Source: Myxococcota bacterium (GTDB taxonomy: Bacteria; Myxococcota_A; UBA796; GCA-2862545). From it: 37,187 nucleotides of DNA. A program made the position numbers and the translations under genes. The DNA is taken from positions 1 to 37,187 of the forward strand of contig JBCCQY010000086.1 in assembly GCA_039208735.1 (NCBI GenBank), in the 5' to 3' direction. Of the stretch, positions 32,647 through 37,187 are shown one piece after another (within the stretch, counting starts at the first letter, position 1; every line of letters starts with the position of its first letter). The notes beneath the pieces were generated by a model. It ran no database searches. It was not told the DNA's origin and worked only from the letters and a program-made list of their open reading frames with translations.

Positions 32647-34116
32647 TTAGCTTTGGCGAGGCCGGAACGCTGCGCCGAAGGCGATCAGTAAGACTAGGCC
32701 ACTCGCGATGGGCAAGACGTCGCCCACCTGGCTGTACAGCGTCGGAATGCGGGTCGTCGGGACGGAAGCGAGCAGAATGCGTTCGCCCTCGAAGTAGCTG
32801 GCGGAACCTCGCACCCGCCCGAGTGCATCGGTAGCCAGGCTGGTGGCCCAACGAACCGATCGCACGACCGAATAGCCGCCCTCGATGCCTCGCACAGCCG
32901 CCATCTGGGAGTGGTAGGGGTCGATGCCACGCCAATCGCTCGACGGAATCAACGCGAGTCCAGTGCCTGCGGCGGCATGGGCCTGGCTTAGCTGCGGGAA
33001 GTCATAGTCGTAGCAAATCGCGCCGGCCGCCTTGCCGTACGGGCGGTCGTGCGCGACATGGGGAGCGGTGCCCGGGACCGCCCCTTCCCCGGGCACAGGA
33101 TGGTGCTTGAGGTAGGTCTCCACCGGGCCTTCCGGTGTCATCCACACATACTTGTTCTCATAGCGGTAGTTTCCGTCCGTCAGCGGAATGACGTAGGCGA
33201 AGAGCACGTCGACGCCATGCTCCCGAGTGAATGCAGCGGCCCGGTCGAGAAACGGGCGCTCGGCTTCGGGGGCAACGGCGGTGGCGCCTTCGTTCCACAC
33301 CACCACCTCAGCCCCCGCGGAGACGGCTTCAGCCGTTCGCGCAAAGAGCTCATCCGTGCCGGCGGCGAGCGCTTCGCCCTCGGGAAATGCGCCATCCCTC
33401 ATGTGAAGGTCCGTGGTGACCGTGGCGACCGTGACCTGCGGTCCCGGCAACGTCTGGTCGAGGCGAACGCTGCCGTAGGTGTGGGCGAGGACGACAAGCC
33501 CTGCTGCGAAGACCGCAACAGGGAGGAATCGGGATCGGTCTTGCCGTTCGATCAGCACCGCACTCACCACAGAAACCAACGCGAGCAACAACGAGACTCC
33601 GCCAAGTCCGAAAAGGCTCGTGACCTGCAAGAGCGGAAGGTTGTCGAGTTGGGAGTACGCGAGGCTGCCCCAGCTGCCCATGTCGCTCGTGGAGTACGAA
33701 AGGCCTTCCAATGCGACGGTGAACGCCGGGAAGAGCACGATGCCCCACCCATCGCCAAGGCGCCGGCGGAGGGCTTCAAACGCTGCATAGGCCACGAAGG
33801 CGCCCAACGCAGTGGGAACGGAGAACATTGGTGCGAACAGTACGGGAATCGGCTCGGTGATGATCTTCGCGATATTGATGAAGGTACCAAGCTGAATCAC
33901 AAGGAAGAAGACCGCCCATTCCCTCCAGCCTCGCAAGCGGCGTAACGCGAGCAGCCAAGGGACCGCGGCGATCCAACCGATCAAGCCCACGTTGAAGCGG
34001 TTGCCCGCCATTGCTGTGAACAAAACGCCGATGGCCATCAGGCCAGCCAGGGAAGCGGTGGACGCACGAGTCCATTCCGACCGCGTGGACGCGGCAGGTA
34101 GGGCAAGACCAGTCAT
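32647..34116 (-). CDS. Apolipoprotein N-acyltransferase-like membrane nitrilase / CN-hydrolase
   Basis: N-terminal TM bundle with WGSLAYSQ...Q..SLFG..GV; catalytic E (WNEG), K (YLKHHPVPGE), C (AICYD.DFP); RGIEGG..VVR. Confidence 0.85.
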   Translation of the reverse strand: MTGLALPAASTRSEWTRASTASLAGLMAIGVLFTAMAGNRFNVGLIGWIAAVPWLLALRRLRGWREWAVFFLVIQLGTFINIAKIITEPIPVLFAPMFSVPTALGAFVAYAAFEALRRRLGDGWGIVLFPAFTVALEGLSYSTSDMGSWGSLAYSQLDNLPLLQVTSLFGLGGVSLLLALVSVVSAVLIERQDRSRFLPVAVFAAGLVVLAHTYGSVRLDQTLPGPQVTVATVTTDLHMRDGAFPEGEALAAGTDELFARTAEAVSAGAEVVVWNEGATAVAPEAERPFLDRAAAFTREHGVDVLFAYVIPLTDGNYRYENKYVWMTPEGPVETYLKHHPVPGEGAVPGTAPHVAHDRPYGKAAGAICYDYDFPQLSQAHAAAGTGLALIPSSDWRGIDPYHSQMAAVRGIEGGYSVVRSVRWATSLATDALGRVRGSASYFEGERILLASVPTTRIPTLYSQVGDVLPIASGLVLLIAFGAAFRPRQS

Positions 34117-34119
34117 GGA

Positions 34120-34803
34120 TCACTCCGTGGGAGGTGGTTCGGCGCGAGCACCGACCCAGATCAAGGCAAGTTGACGGCGGTACATCGGGGCGACTTGGTC
34201 GGCCCCTGAAATGCCGAGGGCGAGCGGGATTCCGAAGAACACCGAGACAATGGCAAGAACGACGACGGAAACGTTCGTGTGAGGGGGCAGCTCCCCCACG
34301 GCCACCGCTTCGGCAACCAGTTGGGGCAAGATGTCGCCGAGGCCGCGGTCAGGCAGTTCCATCACCTCGGGTGCGTCATCGAGGAACAGCAGGCGCTCAG
34401 CGAGTTCGATGGGTTCGTCAACGCCGAAGCTGCCGACGCGGGCCTGCGCCGCGATGACTTCGCTCATCACGCGAGGATGGGGCGCGTTCCACTCCGCCGT
34501 GGTCACCAGGATCGCCTCGATCGCGCTGAGCACTTGGTTGTGTTCGGCGCGGACGGCCCGCGCCATTTGGCCCACCCGCAGGGTCCAGAGTTGGATGAAG
34601 TGAGCCAGCAGGTGGTCCTTGCTCGGGAAGTGGTTGAAAAAGGTGGCGTCGCTGATCGACGCCGCCCGAGCCAACTCGCGAACCTGAATGTCTTCGAGCG
34701 GGCGCTCGCGGAGGCGTTCAAGGAGTGCCTCGACAAGCGCCACGCGTGTGCGAGCGCGCTTCTGAGCACGGAGAGGTTGATCACGGAATCGCAGTGGGCT
34801 CAT
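34120..34803 (-). CDS. TetR/AcrR family transcriptional regulator
   Basis: HTH IQVRELARAASISDATFFNHFPSKDHLL. Ends 3 nt upstream of the Lnt-like gene. Confidence 0.9.
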   Translation of the reverse strand: MSPLRFRDQPLRAQKRARTRVALVEALLERLRERPLEDIQVRELARAASISDATFFNHFPSKDHLLAHFIQLWTLRVGQMARAVRAEHNQVLSAIEAILVTTAEWNAPHPRVMSEVIAAQARVGSFGVDEPIELAERLLFLDDAPEVMELPDRGLGDILPQLVAEAVAVGELPPHTNVSVVVLAIVSVFFGIPLALGISGADQVAPMYRRQLALIWVGARAEPPPTE

Positions 34804-34837
34804 TAAATTATTTAGTCAGATCTAATTTTGGGGTCAA
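34804..34837 (-). promoter_or_regulatory. Possible leaderless promoter / auto-operator of the TetR gene
   Basis: On the - strand: TTGACC-N17-TAAATA-N5-ATG, AT-rich, no RBS, with TTAG-N6-CTAA dyad overlapping the spacer. The -10 match is weak. Confidence 0.35.
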
Positions 34838-35041
34838 GACCAAATTTGGAGTTGGATAGAATTTCGAGATATTTACATATCAAAAGGACCCTTTTGCTGA
34901 ATTCTCGGGTTCTTCCTTCCGGCATGTGCTGCGGTCCATACCAAACTTACCTGGCCTTCTCGACGGCATACTTTCCAGAGGTTTGTGCGGTTGTCGCTGG
35001 CAGACTGGCATGCTCGGCCACAAACCCGGGAGAGAGTCACC

Positions 35042-35839
35042 ATGCGTATGCTGATGATGACCATGGTCGGAACGTTGCTAGCCTGCAGCGCAGATTCGGA
35101 TGAAGACGGGCTCACGAACGGTGAGGAACGGAAGCTTGGTCTCGATCCCCAGGTCGCAGACACCGATGGCGACGGACTGTTGGACGGCCAAGAGGTCGAG
35201 TTTGGCACCGACGGGCTCAAGGCCGATACCGATGGCGACGGCTACGGCGACCGTGACGAAATCCATGAAGGCACGGACCCGAACGATGCCTCGGACGTCA
35301 TCTACACTGGAAACTGGCCCTATTTCTTCGGCAAGGACGACATTTCGGGTCAGCGTGGTGGCCAGCAGATGAGCATGGGACGACGGTTCCGTCGTCTCGA
35401 AATGGTGGACCAGAATGGAGAGATGGTCGACCTTTACGACTTCTACAACGAGGAAGACAAATACGTGCTCCTCGACATCTCGGCCGAGTGGTGCGTGCCC
35501 TGTCAAGACATGGCCGCCTGGCTCGACCACCAGACCGAAGGGTTTTCGGAATTCAATGCCGTGCGCGATGCGGTAGATGCCGGTGACATGTACTGGGTCA
35601 CGATCATGGGCGATACCGCAGACGGCAGCCCCGTGAGCGTTGCCCTAAGCGAGCGCTGGCATGAGGCCTATCCCACCGAGCCCATCGCGGTGCTCGCGGA
35701 TGAGTCGGGCGAAGCTGTCAAGTACGCCGACGTGCCCTTCTGGCCGTTCCTGATGTTGCTCGGTCCCGATCTCAAGGTCCAGGCCATCGACTCGAGCACC
35801 GATTGGCTGGCGCTGCAAGCCGCGATGGACGTGCTCTAA
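35042..35839 (+). CDS. Lipoprotein with DxDxDG Ca-binding repeats and a thioredoxin-like (TlpA/redoxin) domain
   Basis: TLLAC lipobox; three DxDxDG..xxxE repeats; DQNGEMVDLYDF...LDISAEWCVPC...WP.LMLLGPDLKV. Confidence 0.8.
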   Translation: MRMLMMTMVGTLLACSADSDEDGLTNGEERKLGLDPQVADTDGDGLLDGQEVEFGTDGLKADTDGDGYGDRDEIHEGTDPNDASDVIYTGNWPYFFGKDDISGQRGGQQMSMGRRFRRLEMVDQNGEMVDLYDFYNEEDKYVLLDISAEWCVPCQDMAAWLDHQTEGFSEFNAVRDAVDAGDMYWVTIMGDTADGSPVSVALSERWHEAYPTEPIAVLADESGEAVKYADVPFWPFLMLLGPDLKVQAIDSSTDWLALQAAMDVL

Positions 35840-36375
35840 GGGGCCGACCGTACCGTCCACTTGCCCTTGCTGTTGCGAGTGAGGGCGAGTCCTCCCAACC
35901 CGACCACGGCGCCTCCACCGACCATGCTGGCCTTGAGAACGCCGCTCGGGTCGATGCGATCCTCGGGGTCGGTGGACGCGTCAGCGACGAACAGAAACCC
36001 TCCCACCACCACGCTCGACCAACCGAGCACCTGGGCCCAAATGCCGGTGTGACGAAGGGCCGACGAGCCTGTCCTCACGTCGAGGACGGTGGTGCCGTCC
36101 TGAAACGAGTACGAAAAGGTTGAGGGAACACGCCCTTTTCCAAAGGTGACGAGCTTTTCGTAGCCAGGGGTCACCTGAGCTGCGCACGGCGCCACGCAGA
36201 GGTCTTCGTAAAAGGAGGCCACGTCGGTGCGAGACCCTTGCGTGCGAAGGCCCCGACCGGTCACCCGAGCAATTTTGATGTTGGGCCGAGCCGTGTGGAA
36301 CTCGATCGTCGCGGTACCCGCGTCGTCAGCCTGCGCCGGTGAGGCCGTGATCGCGGCCAGAAAAAGCGTCAACAT
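35836..36375 (-). CDS. Secreted hypothetical protein with C-terminal Gly-rich hydrophobic hairpin
   Basis: GAGGAGG RBS; signal MLTLFLAAITASPAQA; LCVAPC motif; two Gly-rich hydrophobic segments. Confidence 0.65.
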   Translation of the reverse strand: MLTLFLAAITASPAQADDAGTATIEFHTARPNIKIARVTGRGLRTQGSRTDVASFYEDLCVAPCAAQVTPGYEKLVTFGKGRVPSTFSYSFQDGTTVLDVRTGSSALRHTGIWAQVLGWSSVVVGGFLFVADASTDPEDRIDPSGVLKASMVGGGAVVGLGGLALTRNSKGKWTVRSAP

Positions 36376-36423
36376 GGGCCCCTCCTCTGCGATTCGCATC
36401 CTATCCTCACCACGCGTTACAAT

Positions 36424-36443
36424 ATGAATGAGCGCTCATTCAT
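36424..36443. promoter_or_regulatory. Perfect 20-bp palindromic operator (FadR/YsiA-box-like)
   Basis: ATGAATGAGCGCTCATTCAT immediately after a TACAAT -10-like hexamer (36418-23) and 42 nt upstream of the acyl-CoA dehydrogenase start. Confidence 0.75.
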
Positions 36444-36485
36444 CTCATTCGATACGACCTGAGCGCACTGCATCATGGAGGTTGA

Positions 36486-37187
36486 ATGTCGGATTCGATG
36501 AAGACGCGGCACGCCTCGGAGGACGAGGCTCGTCAGCTCACCGAGGATTCGCGGGAGTCTTGGGCGGGGCGGAGTTTTCTCCGGGAGCTGTTCTTGGGAA
36601 CCCTGCGGCTCGACTGGATCGATCCCTACCCGCACACGCCGGAAAGCGAGGACTTCCGCAAATTCTACGCGGAGCTCGAGCACTTCCTCATCCACGAAGT
36701 GGATTCCGATGAGATTGATCGGACGGGCGACATTCCCGAAGCCGTGATCAACCGCCTTCGCCAGATGGGCGCGTTCGGCATGAAAATCCCGAAGTCCTAC
36801 GGAGGACTGGGGCTCAACCAGGCCGAATACTGCAAGATCTGTGAGTTGCTCGGGTCCTACGACGGCAACCTGACGGCGCTGCTTTCGGCCCACCAGTCCA
36901 TCGGGGTGCCGCAACCCCTCAAGCTCTTCGGCACTCAAGAGCAGAAGGATCGGTTCTTCCCTCGCATCGCCAAGGGTGCGATCAGTGCCTTTGCATTGAC
37001 GGAGCCCGATGTCGGTTCCGACCCGGCTCGCCTCGCTACCGAAGCGCGTCGCACCGAAGAGGGTGACTGGATCATCAACGGCGAAAAGCTCTGGATCACC
37101 AACAGCCTCGTGGCCGAGTTGCTCGTGGTCATGGCTCGCGATCCCGAGACCGACAAGATCAGCGCCTTCATCGTGGAAACGGATGCG
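36486..37187 (+). CDS. Acyl-CoA dehydrogenase (long, VLCAD/ACAD9-like; 3' end off the window)
   Basis: Not in the track. ATG 36486 with GGAGG; MSDSMKTRH...SFLRELFLG...FGMKIPKSYGGLG...SAHQSIG...AFALTEPDVGSDPA...NGEKLWITN. Confidence 0.92.
   Translation, partial: MSDSMKTRHASEDEARQLTEDSRESWAGRSFLRELFLGTLRLDWIDPYPHTPESEDFRKFYAELEHFLIHEVDSDEIDRTGDIPEAVINRLRQMGAFGMKIPKSYGGLGLNQAEYCKICELLGSYDGNLTALLSAHQSIGVPQPLKLFGTQEQKDRFFPRIAKGAISAFALTEPDVGSDPARLATEARRTEEGDWIINGEKLWITNSLVAELLVVMARDPETDKISAFIVETDA

Overview
GC-rich, gene-dense accessory region. The many short-signal lipoproteins, Cys-rich and Ca-binding surface proteins and wHTH-STAND regulators suggest a myxobacterium (inference). Two highlights. 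(1) A compact graspetide (ATP-grasp RiPP) cluster at ~19.0-25.0 kb: an MvdC/D-type ATP-grasp ligase, a translationally coupled 52-aa double-glycine precursor missing from the ORF track (core SGNTRTAGFGGDVDYVLK), a terminator, and a divergent GAF-HlyD / C39-peptidase ABC transporter / lipoprotein-adaptor export operon. Broken genes flank it on both sides. (2) A ~957-codon lipoprotein whose centre follows, motif by motif, the anthrax protective antigen / binary toxin B pore-forming core, preceded by a perfect 30-bp inverted repeat. Also present: four wHTH-STAND(-TPR) regulators (one truncated), a knottin-like mini-lipoprotein, a hairpin-dense candidate ncRNA, a MarR/DUF1772 pair that appears to have lost both 5' ends, panE, a fatty-acid desaturase, a TetR + Lnt-like pair, a thioredoxin-like lipoprotein, and an acyl-CoA dehydrogenase with a FadR-like operator. 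All family calls come from recognising motifs by eye; no searches were run.
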